Translations under genes and position numbers: made by a program | The notes under the pieces: model-generated | What the model was told of the DNA's origin: nothing | What the model saw: the letters and a program-made list of their open reading frames with translations, nothing else | Database searches by the model: none | Source: Promethearchaeota archaeon | Lineage (GTDB): Archaea; Asgardarchaeota; Lokiarchaeia; Sigyniarchaeales; SOKP01 | DNA: 64,000 nucleotides | NCBI GenBank assembly: GCA_016840085.1 | Contig: JAEOTA010000058.1 | Location: forward strand, 1 to 64,000 | Direction of reading: 5' to 3' | Shown here: piece by piece, positions 21,270-31,838 of the stretch | Layout: every line of letters begins with the position of its first letter | Position numbering within the stretch: the stretch's first letter is position 1

Positions 21270-22316
21270 TTAATAGATAACTTCCTCAATTTTTTTGGTT
21301 TCGGCGCTTTTATACATTGCTTCAACAATTTTCAGTATTTTCAGTCCATATTTTCCATCTGTTAAAGCATCTTTATTTTCAACTATACAATCAACAAAAT
21401 GTCTCATTTCTTGAGGATACCCAAAAGTCCAAAACTCGGCAGGTACAGGAAAAGTCCAGCCTTTTGTATTTCCTGCTTTTTCAACTGCATAACTATACCC
21501 CTTCTCACTGTAGACACTTATCAAATTAGAGAAAGTTGGGGCTACTTTAATTTGACCTTCTGTACCAAATAACTCATAACGGATATCATAACCTCCTGGA
21601 GATGTCCATGATTCTTCAATAACCACCTGAGCATCATTCTCAAAATATAATATTCCTAAAGCATTATCTTCAACTTCACATTTACCAAATTTCCCCCTAT
21701 CTGGATACACTGTTTTTGTTTGACAAAATACCTCTTTAACATCATAACCAAGGAGCCATACTAAACAAGCAATATCATGAATCCCTAGATCAATTAATGA
21801 CCCTCCCCCTGCTGTATCTCTTTTATAAAACCAAGCTGAATGAGGTCCAGAATGTTGTTCCTTTCCACGTCCCATATATATTTCACCAAGCCCCCCCTCA
21901 TCTATTATTCCTTTTGCTTTATTAAAAGCAGGAGCATACATATTATTCTCACAGTAAAATATTTTTTTATTAGCTGATTTCGCAACATCTATCATTTCAT
22001 TGCCTTCTTCTACATTATTAGCTAAAGGTTTTTCTATTAATACATGTTTTCCTGAGTTTAATAAATCTATTGTAATATCTTTATGCAAATAGTTCGGTAG
22101 ACAAACAGATACAGCATCACATTCTAATTTTATTAGTTTATCATAATCTATAAATTTATTATTAGGAATATTGAATTTCGCCAATAATTCTTTTGCTGTT
22201 TTTTCATTTCTCGAACTTATGCCTACAATATCTACTCTAGGCAGCATTTTAAGAGAGTATAAATGAAACTCAGCAGAAAAACCAGAGCCAATTATTCCAA
22301 CTTTCACTTTTTCCAT
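21270..22316 (-). CDS. Gfo/Idh/MocA family oxidoreductase
   Basis: 'GIIGSG', 'KHVLIEKP', 'GGGSLIDLGIH'. Confidence 0.93.
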   Translation of the reverse strand: MEKVKVGIIGSGFSAEFHLYSLKMLPRVDIVGISSRNEKTAKELLAKFNIPNNKFIDYDKLIKLECDAVSVCLPNYLHKDITIDLLNSGKHVLIEKPLANNVEEGNEMIDVAKSANKKIFYCENNMYAPAFNKAKGIIDEGGLGEIYMGRGKEQHSGPHSAWFYKRDTAGGGSLIDLGIHDIACLVWLLGYDVKEVFCQTKTVYPDRGKFGKCEVEDNALGILYFENDAQVVIEESWTSPGGYDIRYELFGTEGQIKVAPTFSNLISVYSEKGYSYAVEKAGNTKGWTFPVPAEFWTFGYPQEMRHFVDCIVENKDALTDGKYGLKILKIVEAMYKSAETKKIEEVIY

Positions 22317-22370
22317 AATATCATCCTAAAAATTTATTTTAATTTTAAAACAATTAATTGAACTATATCT

Positions 22371-23498
22371 TTATTTCATATTCCAAAATTCAGTTGGTGT
22401 CAAGAATCTTTTAATTTTAGAAAAAGGGCAAGCAGCAATACAATTCCCACAATCACTTGAATTTTCAATCCAAAATTCTAAACACTTTTCTACATTAACA
22501 TAATATTTCTTGACACCAGGATTATTAGAAATTGTCGGAGAGTTAAAATTTGGTTCTTTATCTTTAGAAATTGCGTCTGTTTCACAAGCTTCGGCACATT
22601 TATAGCAATTTTTACATTTTTTATCAACTTTCTTTATGAATTCTAAGTTTGGAGTATCTGAAACTAAAGGTAAATCAGTAAATACTTTACATATCCTTAC
22701 TCTTGGGCCAAACTCTGGAGTAATTAATAAACCATTCCTACCTAATGCCCCAAGTCCCGCATCAATTGCTAATGGGATACTAAGTGCTGTATCATTTCCA
22801 CATTGAATAGCTCTATATCCCAGATTTCTTATAAACTCTCCCACACATGAAATTATGAAAGCCATTTTAGAATATGCTATAGCTACCGCTGCTGCTTCTG
22901 GTTGAGCAGGTGCGGTTGAAATGGCATCCGGATTCATCTCAACTGCCATTACAATTGCCTTATTGATGCCTTTTGGCAAATTAATCGGTTGTTCTAAAAT
23001 TGAATTTGTTATATTACCTATTCGTATTTTTTCTTTTGCATCAGACTCACTAGATTGGTCAGGTCTCTTAAATCCTGTTTTATAAATCCATTTTTCATTA
23101 ACATCAGCAATACCCACTAAGGATGCGCCATAAAACATTGTCACTTTCTTAATAGTAGCAGTAAAACTTTTTATATCTTCAATTGAGTATTTGGATTTCA
23201 TCCAATTTACTCCATATCCTATATCTATCTGCTTATCTCTCTCCCAAGAGAATGCGTATGGAAATTTCTCATAAACAGTCCATCCTGCTGCTACCAGAGC
23301 AAAATCTATTCTTGTATATCCATCTTTATGTGAATTAATATGTTTTTCTATATTTGTATCTAAAAAACTGCCAAAATTTGGCAATGTTTTATCCCAGATT
23401 CTTCTAAATAACATATTATATTTCTCATCGAAACGTTTGTAAGCAGCTTCATCAATTTGATAAGAAGAACCGTTATTATTCTCCATTAAAAACCCCAC
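22371..23498 (-). CDS. rdhA: Reductive dehalogenase-like protein (cobalamin, 2x[4Fe-4S]), no Tat leader
   Basis: 'YGASLVGIA', 'FIRNLGYRA', 'IPLAIDAGLG.LGRNGLLITPEFGPRVR..KVFTDLPL', CxxCxxCxxxC and C-x10-CxxCxxxCP. Confidence 0.88.
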   Translation of the reverse strand: MGFLMENNNGSSYQIDEAAYKRFDEKYNMLFRRIWDKTLPNFGSFLDTNIEKHINSHKDGYTRIDFALVAAGWTVYEKFPYAFSWERDKQIDIGYGVNWMKSKYSIEDIKSFTATIKKVTMFYGASLVGIADVNEKWIYKTGFKRPDQSSESDAKEKIRIGNITNSILEQPINLPKGINKAIVMAVEMNPDAISTAPAQPEAAAVAIAYSKMAFIISCVGEFIRNLGYRAIQCGNDTALSIPLAIDAGLGALGRNGLLITPEFGPRVRICKVFTDLPLVSDTPNLEFIKKVDKKCKNCYKCAEACETDAISKDKEPNFNSPTISNNPGVKKYYVNVEKCLEFWIENSSDCGNCIAACPFSKIKRFLTPTEFWNMK

Positions 23499-23634
23499 GT
23501 TAGTTTTTATGAATTTTTTTTAACTTGTAGATATAATCATTAAATATAATTTAAAAATAATAAATAAAAATCTTTAACAATGAAAATATATATAAAAAGA
23601 TTTTTTGATTTATTTTGATAAAGGAAAGTAAGAA

Positions 23635-24015
23635 ATGAATGATCAAAGGTTTATTGTGCAACTGGGTTCTGGAACTGACCAACATGGCCATACGAATAAT
23701 TGTACTAATGCTGCAATTAAAGCTGTTAAAGACGCAATTTCGAATAATTGTTTAACGGGATTAATTGAGATTTGTGGCCTTAAAGAACCTAAAGATTTAT
23801 CGAAAATGAAAGTTAGTGTGAAGATTGGGGCTCCATATCCAGAAACCATTAATGAGAAGAAAGTCTTGAATGCTATTCCTTTTGGGGAAAAAACAATTGA
23901 AGTTGTAAAAGGCGGTTTAGTTGCTCAAGGAATAATGATAAAAGAATTAGATGATACTTCAGATATGATTATTGTATGTAATGCAGCGGTAACTGTTTCT
24001 ATCAAATCTTCATAA
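23635..24015 (+). CDS. Lin0512 family protein
   Basis: 'QLGSGTDQHG...T.AA.KAV.DAI..N', 'PFG', 'GG', 'NAAV.V'. Confidence 0.85.
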   Translation: MNDQRFIVQLGSGTDQHGHTNNCTNAAIKAVKDAISNNCLTGLIEICGLKEPKDLSKMKVSVKIGAPYPETINEKKVLNAIPFGEKTIEVVKGGLVAQGIMIKELDDTSDMIIVCNAAVTVSIKSS

Positions 24016-25329
24016 TTTTTTTTTATTAAATTTCAAATTTTCCAACCCAATTTCTTTTTCAGCATACTCTTTTAAAGCTTCCCATTGTTTTTCTGAAGTT
24101 CCAAAATACTTAAATACGGCTATTCCTAATCCAAAATCAAATCCTCTTATTTGCTTAAGCATTTCGTGGATATTGCATTCCACTGAATTTGTAACTGTTA
24201 AAGCTGGACTTTTAAACTCATATGCTCTTTTTTTCATATTTCTAATAAAATACCAATAAAAAAACCCGCCAACCTTACCCCAATACCATCCATCATCTCT
24301 AGTACCCATCAAATATGGGTATTCCATAGGAGACGCAATATCGAGAATTGAAGATAATTTCGTCCAATCCTGCCCTAATCGCTTTTGAGAAAACATCTTT
24401 TTAGGTCCAGGAAGGCAAAACCAACCCGAAAAACAGGCACTATTTACAGATTTTATGGTCTGATGAAGTCTTTTTGCATAATTCGCTATGGTGCTTGATT
24501 TAAATTCATACCATTCCTTACTTTTTAGCAACTTTGCTTTATTACTATAATTTGCTCTAAATTTTTCAACACAACGATGACAAGCACATAGATCTGTGAA
24601 TGATCCATCATATCTGATGTAATCCGCAAAAAAGCTTTCGATTGGATAATTCTTAACCACTTCTTTAGTAAGTTCTAATAGATAATTAACGTGATCACTA
24701 TTCGGACACATGAAACTTGTTAGTGGAATGAAGCCTTTACCCCGTGTGTCTCGTGCTTTACCTTTCTTTTCATCTCTTTTATCAGTCAAAAAAGGGATTT
24801 TTTTCTGATAGTCTTCAAATGATAGATTTTCAGGTAAATCTATCCTCATTTCTCCTTCAAGATGGGTTGACACATCTCCTTTTTTGTATTCTTTTCCAAA
24901 TTTTTTACCATCTCTCCCATGGACGCTCACTCTTTCAGGATGTAGATATCCTTGGTAGGCGTCATTCATGCTCGTGAATGAAACATTAATTTTAATGTTC
25001 CTATCTTTTCCAGCATCACAAAATTCTCCTAAAATATCTCTACCTGTAGGGTTCCATCCAACCTTTGTATTCCATATACACGCTCCATCTGTATCTTTAA
25101 TTACAACGCCAAGAACGTTGAAATGGGTATCTTCAAGTTTGTCCATAATCTTATTAACATTTAGATATTTTTCAGCAAACTCATAATCTAACTTTCTGAA
25201 GCCTTTTGGACCTCTAATAGGCATTATGCCCATTCCAAAAATTTTTTTGGCACCAAATGCTTTTCGAAATTCCTCATTTTTTTCTGTGCCAAATGTAAAG
25301 TATTTTGACCAATCTACTTTTCTTTTCAT
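24010..25329 (-). CDS. Putative glycoside-hydrolase-like TIM-barrel protein (GHL6/GHL10-like)
   Basis: 'MCPNS', 'FFADYIRY', 'CACHRC..KF', 'GQDW', 'SPMEY' pattern. Confidence 0.6.
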   Translation of the reverse strand: MKRKVDWSKYFTFGTEKNEEFRKAFGAKKIFGMGIMPIRGPKGFRKLDYEFAEKYLNVNKIMDKLEDTHFNVLGVVIKDTDGACIWNTKVGWNPTGRDILGEFCDAGKDRNIKINVSFTSMNDAYQGYLHPERVSVHGRDGKKFGKEYKKGDVSTHLEGEMRIDLPENLSFEDYQKKIPFLTDKRDEKKGKARDTRGKGFIPLTSFMCPNSDHVNYLLELTKEVVKNYPIESFFADYIRYDGSFTDLCACHRCVEKFRANYSNKAKLLKSKEWYEFKSSTIANYAKRLHQTIKSVNSACFSGWFCLPGPKKMFSQKRLGQDWTKLSSILDIASPMEYPYLMGTRDDGWYWGKVGGFFYWYFIRNMKKRAYEFKSPALTVTNSVECNIHEMLKQIRGFDFGLGIAVFKYFGTSEKQWEALKEYAEKEIGLENLKFNKKKL

Positions 25330-25664
25330 GATAAGTATAATAAAATTTTGACAAAAATTTATATTATTTATGATTAAACATAATATCCTCTTTAATGCAT
25401 AATTAATTTTTAATTACAATAAAATTTTAAACTAATATTGCAATGTCTTTATTATAAAATTTTAAAATATTATATATATATAAGAAGATATTAATTATAG
25501 AAATCTTAAAAGTAAACAGATCAATAAATCATAAATCCTTTAAAATTCAATCCATTAGCTCAAATAGTACGATAAAATAAGACTAAAAAAATACCAAATT
25601 TAATAATTTATCCCGAAATTAAATAAATCTTTCTAACCAAAATCCCGAACTGGTCGATAATATA

Positions 25665-26198
25665 ATGTATGATGCAACATATAAGGTAGTTATATTCGGT
25701 GATGCTGGTTGTGGGAAAACCACTCTCACACAGAGGTTTCTTACTAATCTGTTCAAGTCAGATACAAAAATGACTATAGGGGTAGACTTCGAAGTAAAAA
25801 GCTTAGAAATCAATGGTAAAAAAATTAAGCTTCAGATCTGGGATTTTGGTGGAGAGGAAAGGTTTAGATTCCTATTACCAACATATGTGAGAGGTGCTAA
25901 TGGAGCTCTTTTTATGTTTGATGTTACAAATTACTCCTCATTAGCTCATATTGATGATTGGTTATTGGTTGTTCGTAAAGAAATAAAATCTGAGCAGGAT
26001 GCATTCCCTATTATTGCTGTTGGGGGAAAAGCAGATCTCATAGATAATCGTGAAATAACAGGTGATGAAGGTCTTAATATCGCAAGATCGAGAGGCGTTG
26101 ATGGCTTTATTGAATGTAGTTCTAAAACAGGTGAAAATGTAGAGGTTACTTTTGATGCGTTAACTAAATTAATGATGCAGAGGTCAACTTTACTATAA
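25665..26198 (+). CDS. Rab-like small GTPase with variant G3/G4
   Basis: GDAGCGKTT, TIGVDF, KLQIWDFGGEERFR, YVRGA (Rab family motifs); G4 is GKAD, G5 is CSSK. Confidence 0.95.
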   Translation: MYDATYKVVIFGDAGCGKTTLTQRFLTNLFKSDTKMTIGVDFEVKSLEINGKKIKLQIWDFGGEERFRFLLPTYVRGANGALFMFDVTNYSSLAHIDDWLLVVRKEIKSEQDAFPIIAVGGKADLIDNREITGDEGLNIARSRGVDGFIECSSKTGENVEVTFDALTKLMMQRSTLL

Positions 26199-26276
26199 AA
26201 CAAATTTAGTATTTAATATAATTAGCTGGTTTTTACCTAATAAAAAGTATTATCTCTTTAATAATTTAGAAGAGAT

Positions 26277-27215
26277 TTACATCTCCATATTTTCATTTTC
26301 TAAAGTTTCTCTTTGTTTCAACCTTAAGCTTTCTCTTCTGTTTGAAACCATAATTTGAAAATCAAAATCTTTCTTATAATCATCTGCATATTTCAAGATT
26401 AATTCGATTATTTTATCATTATTTTTTTCTTCGATTAGATTAGTTCCATTGAAATTAGGTATTTCTGAATGTTTTTCAATCAATTCAGTTATCATTTCTT
26501 CGGGTAATACGTCAGATCTGTCTTTAATAGCTATATCTATGATTTCTTCTAATCTTGTATACATCTCTCGTTTACTAAATTGACAAAGAACACATTTTGA
26601 AACTCTATTCTTGAAGATATTTAATATTATTAATCCTATAAGAAACTTGAAATTTCTTATAAGAATATCTCTATCTCCTCTGTGAAATCTTTTAATATAT
26701 TGTTTAACAAATTCTTCTGCTCTAAAATAGAAATTGGAAAAATACAACGCTCTATCGAAATATGCAGGGACTATACAGAAAAGTCTGGTAAACCAAAATG
26801 GTTTAATATTTTTCGGAGGGTCTTCATAGAAGATATAATAAACTATTCTACCATCTCTTTCTTTATATAAGGTAGATTCTTTTTTTAACATATTTAAATA
26901 AGTTGATATTGTAGATCGGGCAATTCCCTTGAAATATTTCTTATATTCTTCTTCTACTTCACCTGTAGTTATCTTTTTTTTACCTTCAAGATAAAATTCT
27001 AATACTATCCCTAAAATACGGTTTTCATGAAGTCTTCCTGTCTTAATCTGTTGTTCTTCTGATTCATCTTCTCTAATTTGATATAAATACGCTATTTCTG
27101 GAGCAAAATCTTGTACTACTCTGTCTATTAATAAAAGTTCAGAATCTGTTATTTGAATACTTTCTAACTTTGCACTTTCGATTAAAATATCGTCTATTTT
27201 TGATTTTTCCGACAA
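26277..27215 (-). CDS. Winged-helix DNA-binding protein with unknown C-terminal domain
   Basis: 'ITTGEVEEEY...IARSTISTYLNMLKKE..LYKERDGRIVYY' wHTH; CxxC in C-terminal half. Confidence 0.6.
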   Translation of the reverse strand: MSEKSKIDDILIESAKLESIQITDSELLLIDRVVQDFAPEIAYLYQIREDESEEQQIKTGRLHENRILGIVLEFYLEGKKKITTGEVEEEYKKYFKGIARSTISTYLNMLKKESTLYKERDGRIVYYIFYEDPPKNIKPFWFTRLFCIVPAYFDRALYFSNFYFRAEEFVKQYIKRFHRGDRDILIRNFKFLIGLIILNIFKNRVSKCVLCQFSKREMYTRLEEIIDIAIKDRSDVLPEEMITELIEKHSEIPNFNGTNLIEEKNNDKIIELILKYADDYKKDFDFQIMVSNRRESLRLKQRETLENENMEM

Positions 27216-27532
27216 ATTTTAGAATCTCTTCAAATTAATTGTAATTTAAATACACTATTAAAAATTATTCGATCTTTTAATAATTATTTATTTTCCTTAA
27301 TTACACTTTACACATTTATTTAATTTTCTATGTTGAACTACTATTTTTTAAAATATAGTGAATTGTTTATTATTTTGCTCAAAATTATTTTTGAAAAGAG
27401 TTTTTCAGAAATCAATTGGTTTTTTGATTTTGCATTAAGTTTAAAATTATATTTTAAAAGAACTAATTCTCTAATTTTTCCAAAATTTATTTTAAATAAG
27501 ATTTTAATTTTATTAGGCTTAAACGAGTCTTG

Positions 27533-29305
27533 CTATTTTTTAGATAATAATTCTTTTTCTTGTAGAACGCGTCTCTGAACTTTTCCAATATAATTCTTGG
27601 GTAATTCACCAATAATTGCTACGTTGTGAGGAACCTTATAATGAGCCATATTTTCAGTAGCCCAATCCTTAATTTTTTGAGGGGATAAATCACAATCTTC
27701 ACTGATTGAAATCCATGCTTTAACTATTTCTCCATATTCTTCATGAGGTACCCCGGCAACGGCAGCTTCAATAATATCTGGATGTTTCATAAGAAGTTCC
27801 TCAATTTCTTTTGGAAAAACAGAATATCCCCTACACTTAATCAATTGTTTCTTTCTATCCCTTATTACTATAGTCCCATCCTCATTCATATAACCAATAT
27901 CTCCTGTTAAAAGCCAAATCTTATTATCATATTCTCTGAGTGTTAAGTCTGTTTCCTCTGGTTCATTCAAATAACTTTTCATAATCTGTGGCCCAGAAAT
28001 ACAAATTTCACCTGTATATTTAATCCCAAATTTTGTATCTTCTGGATTTCCTAGGCAAATTGCACCTTCATTAAAGTTATCAATAGGCCAAATTCCCCAT
28101 TCCGTTCCAGTAAAAGGCATTCCAATGCTTCCGATAGGGCTTTCTCCAAATAAATTTCCCGCACTTACAGCAGGACTAGCTTCTGATAAACCATATCCTT
28201 CTACAATTCTTCCTCCAGTGTTCTTAATGAAAGCATCGTGAACTGGCTTATGAAGTGGCCCTGCACTTGAGATACAAAGAATAAGTTTTCCCATTACTTT
28301 TGGATATCTTCTTCTAAGATTTTTCAGTTCCGATAATCTTTTAAATAACATTTCAGTTCCTGCATAAATTAATCCCTCTTCGCATGGTAAATTCTCAATC
28401 TGCGCACATAGTTCAGTTTGGGAAGGGGGATATGGAAAAAGCATTATCCAACCTCCAATTGCTATGGTAGTTATCATTACTACAGTATGAGCAAAACTAT
28501 GAAATAAAGGGAGTATTCCAATATTCCCAATTCCTGGTCTTTCTCCTCCTAACCATAATTTACATTGTGTAGCATTAGAAATTACATTAAAGTGTGTTAA
28601 TATTGCTGCTTTCGGAATACCAGTAGTTCCTCCTGTTATTATATACGTCGCTGGATCATTTCTTACATCAATTTTCACTTGAGGAACATTATGTTCAGTT
28701 TTTATTAAATCCTTGAACTTTAATGCACCTGAATAATCAACTTTCCCTGTGGGGATTTTCTTCACAAATTTTCCTATTGCTTTTTTTACTCCCATCAGAT
28801 CTGTTAAATCTGCTAGATTTGTATGAACAATTAACTCTATATCTAAATCATTTATAATTGGTTTAATATATGGTTTATATAAAGCATCTAATACAATCAG
28901 CATTTTAGGTTTGATAATATCTAGTTGGTGAAGAATCTCTATTGGCTGATAAGTAGGGTTAATTCCACTAGCTATTGCTCCAATTCTTGTAATTGCATAA
29001 TATCCTACTATATATTGAATACAATTAGGTAAATGCATTGCTACAACATCTCCTTTTTCTATACCTAAATTTGATAATGCTGTAGCAAAAGATTTTACAT
29101 AGTCTTGAAATTTTTCATATGTAATCCATGTATCTAAGAACCATATTAGCTTCTCTTTACCATATTTCTTTACTTGCCCATCTAAAAAGTCATTTATTGT
29201 GATTTCTTCAAATTTTTTGTTAAAAGGAACACCTTCAGGCCACCATTTTTTAAACCAACGCTTATCCTCTTTAATATAAAAAGGATCTTGCATATCAGAT
29301 AACAT
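27533..29305 (-). CDS. Long-chain fatty acid--CoA ligase (AMP-binding)
   Basis: 'TGGTTGIPK', 'EGYGLSE', 'TGDIG', 'DRKKQLIK', 'GKVQRR'. Confidence 0.95.
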   Translation of the reverse strand: MLSDMQDPFYIKEDKRWFKKWWPEGVPFNKKFEEITINDFLDGQVKKYGKEKLIWFLDTWITYEKFQDYVKSFATALSNLGIEKGDVVAMHLPNCIQYIVGYYAITRIGAIASGINPTYQPIEILHQLDIIKPKMLIVLDALYKPYIKPIINDLDIELIVHTNLADLTDLMGVKKAIGKFVKKIPTGKVDYSGALKFKDLIKTEHNVPQVKIDVRNDPATYIITGGTTGIPKAAILTHFNVISNATQCKLWLGGERPGIGNIGILPLFHSFAHTVVMITTIAIGGWIMLFPYPPSQTELCAQIENLPCEEGLIYAGTEMLFKRLSELKNLRRRYPKVMGKLILCISSAGPLHKPVHDAFIKNTGGRIVEGYGLSEASPAVSAGNLFGESPIGSIGMPFTGTEWGIWPIDNFNEGAICLGNPEDTKFGIKYTGEICISGPQIMKSYLNEPEETDLTLREYDNKIWLLTGDIGYMNEDGTIVIRDRKKQLIKCRGYSVFPKEIEELLMKHPDIIEAAVAGVPHEEYGEIVKAWISISEDCDLSPQKIKDWATENMAHYKVPHNVAIIGELPKNYIGKVQRRVLQEKELLSKK

Positions 29306-29442
29306 AAATTCTATTCACCTACTATAATAATAATTGTTTTTCTCTTTATATCACTTAGGTATATCTTAATTTAAAACTTTGTAAGTATAATATAAAAAAG
29401 AAAATAAAAAAAAAGATTAATTTGAAAAAAGTTTTTTAAATC

Positions 29443-31542
29443 TTAAAACAATCTTCCATCCTTTTTCCGTTTAATTAGGATGGTAGCAACTCCTACTAAT
29501 CCTATTCCGGCAATTAATACGATCAATGCCCAGAAACCTTCACTACCAGCAATCATGTAAACAGAGAAACTAGGGTCGTGCCAGATACCACTTCCATCTT
29601 CAAATTGAGGGTAACAGACAGCATATACTAATACGTTGAATTCAGCTTGAACCATGATATCACTTGAATATGTACCAACAGATTCACCACCTTGTATAGT
29701 ATATTCATCATGTTGTTCCATCTCACCTGTCCATAAGGCAACTGGAATTATACTAGTAATAGCGGGTGCTGTATTTCTGCTTGATTCACTACCATATTCA
29801 TAATCAGGTCCAGCAATATCGACAAAATCGAGATCATCTTCAGCACCAGGACGTAAATAATTACCAATCTTTAATTCATGGCTCGATTTATTGTAATGCT
29901 TCTCATCTAATAACTCCTGAGGATCGTCCGGAACCTCTCCTTCCGTTTTAATATCCAAGAGGAAATGTAAAACTGTAGAAACATATATAATTGTCATATC
30001 TAAATCTGGTATGGGTGAATTTGCTCCATAAGTTCCATCATTATCATTCCATGGGGCAAAAAATTGATCAAGTTTCACCATAGCATGGAGTGCTTTTACT
30101 TCTTTATCTCTTCTTGGTTCAAATGTAAAACCAAAATAGATATAATCAAGATTTTCTTGTGGTGCATCAAGATATGAGTTTAAATCGACACCGACAGGAA
30201 CAGCTGAAATATTAACGTCTCTGATATTAAGACCCCATGATATACTTTTATTTCCCTTATTAATTGTTGGTGGCTTGAAATCAAATTCACCTACAGTACC
30301 TAGAATCAATCGATGAGATATTTCAGTACTATGAGGTCTTTCATACATTGTACCATTAATTTCGATTGGTATATACTCTGCAGATAAATTTTGATCATTA
30401 TTTGTATCATTATAAAGGAAAGCTCCAGCTAAATGGTGAGTAAACAAGAAAAATTCAATATTACATCCATGAAATGCATTAGCTATCGTTGCATCTGGTT
30501 CCTCTCCCTCACTCCCTTCTTGTAAAGCACCGAGGATTTCCTCTACGTCAATATGAATCTCGAAATTTTTAATCCACAATTGAATTAAATCGAAAGAGAA
30601 TTGGGTCCACACAGTTTCTATAACTTCTCCCGCAGTAGGTGTTAATAGCCATTGCATTCTATTATCATTCCATTTATCAGCAATAAGTTCCCATGCAATT
30701 CTCACATTAGCTCCATTTGTTAGATTATCCAGTGGTTCATCATCTTTATCAATTGCATAATCATCACCAGTAACCTTCCAAGTTTTAGTGATTTCAAAAT
30801 CTTCACTAGGTATTATATCTAGTCTTTGCCATGTAATTGGATTTAATACAAATAATTCATCACCAGTGAAAATATCATTAATATGAATCAAGAACCATGT
30901 TAATAAGGATATTCCCTCTTTAACAAGCTCTTGAGATACTACTTGTTGTGCCTGTTGCATTTCCATAATTCTCTTAAAGAAATTAATCAATTTATTAACA
31001 GCTGTAATGAATGATTTATCATTATCCCAAATAACGAGTGTAATTGCGGCTCCAACTTCTATTTCATAGGAAATAGAACCATTTTTATAGATCTCGCAAT
31101 AAGCATATCCATAATCGGTTTCTTTGGTAATATTTTCAATAAGATCATTATATACTGGAGGAGCTAGTACAATTTCTCTTTCATCACGTTCATTATAGAA
31201 ATTATATTCCGCTCGTTTTACTCGATGGGTTGTATTAGCGCTAAGTACAAACACATTATCTAACATTTCATGCTTACTAAGATTCAATCCTTGCAGAAAC
31301 ATCGTTTGGAATAAATATCCTAACATATTGCCGCCATATCCTAAACCTCCAAATAATCCTCCGAATCCTCCCTGAAAGCCTTCGAAAATACCGGGACCGC
31401 CATCTGCAAATTGATCAAGATCAAAAGCATCATCAGTGTTATTTTCCTGCCCTACAACTAGCATTGGCATTGTAAAGATAGAGACAAAAATAATGGTACT
31501 AACCATTAGGGATTTTGTATTTATATTTTTCATATTTAACAC
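29443..31542 (-). CDS. Large acidic secreted protein with C-terminal TM anchor
   Basis: N-terminal signal peptide, acidic beta-rich body, 'IWHDP' before a C-terminal TM helix with basic tail. Confidence 0.7.
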   Translation of the reverse strand: MLNMKNINTKSLMVSTIIFVSIFTMPMLVVGQENNTDDAFDLDQFADGGPGIFEGFQGGFGGLFGGLGYGGNMLGYLFQTMFLQGLNLSKHEMLDNVFVLSANTTHRVKRAEYNFYNERDEREIVLAPPVYNDLIENITKETDYGYAYCEIYKNGSISYEIEVGAAITLVIWDNDKSFITAVNKLINFFKRIMEMQQAQQVVSQELVKEGISLLTWFLIHINDIFTGDELFVLNPITWQRLDIIPSEDFEITKTWKVTGDDYAIDKDDEPLDNLTNGANVRIAWELIADKWNDNRMQWLLTPTAGEVIETVWTQFSFDLIQLWIKNFEIHIDVEEILGALQEGSEGEEPDATIANAFHGCNIEFFLFTHHLAGAFLYNDTNNDQNLSAEYIPIEINGTMYERPHSTEISHRLILGTVGEFDFKPPTINKGNKSISWGLNIRDVNISAVPVGVDLNSYLDAPQENLDYIYFGFTFEPRRDKEVKALHAMVKLDQFFAPWNDNDGTYGANSPIPDLDMTIIYVSTVLHFLLDIKTEGEVPDDPQELLDEKHYNKSSHELKIGNYLRPGAEDDLDFVDIAGPDYEYGSESSRNTAPAITSIIPVALWTGEMEQHDEYTIQGGESVGTYSSDIMVQAEFNVLVYAVCYPQFEDGSGIWHDPSFSVYMIAGSEGFWALIVLIAGIGLVGVATILIKRKKDGRLF

Positions 31543-31838
31543 ATAATTTTTCTTAGTGAAATTAAATTCAATATTAAGGTTACATACAAACTCTAACTTT
31601 TTAATAATTTATATTCTATTATAATAGAATCTGTAAAAATTAGAGCTTTAACGATAAATTTATGTATATTATTGGTGAGATCGGTTACTCCGTTTGAATC
31701 AACATGAATATCCAAATTATCTTGGATCTAAGCAAATTTAAACCTTAAATAATTTGAGAAATTTATAATATTAAGAAATTTGATTTAAATTTAAATAGAA
31801 GTAAATAACAGACAATATTTTTAATTAAATATTAAAAT

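Noticed and set aside
31670-31735. Slightly GC-richer intergenic patch with a small hairpin (ATCCAA...TTGGAT)
   Set aside because: No tRNA cloverleaf or recognisable ncRNA boxes.
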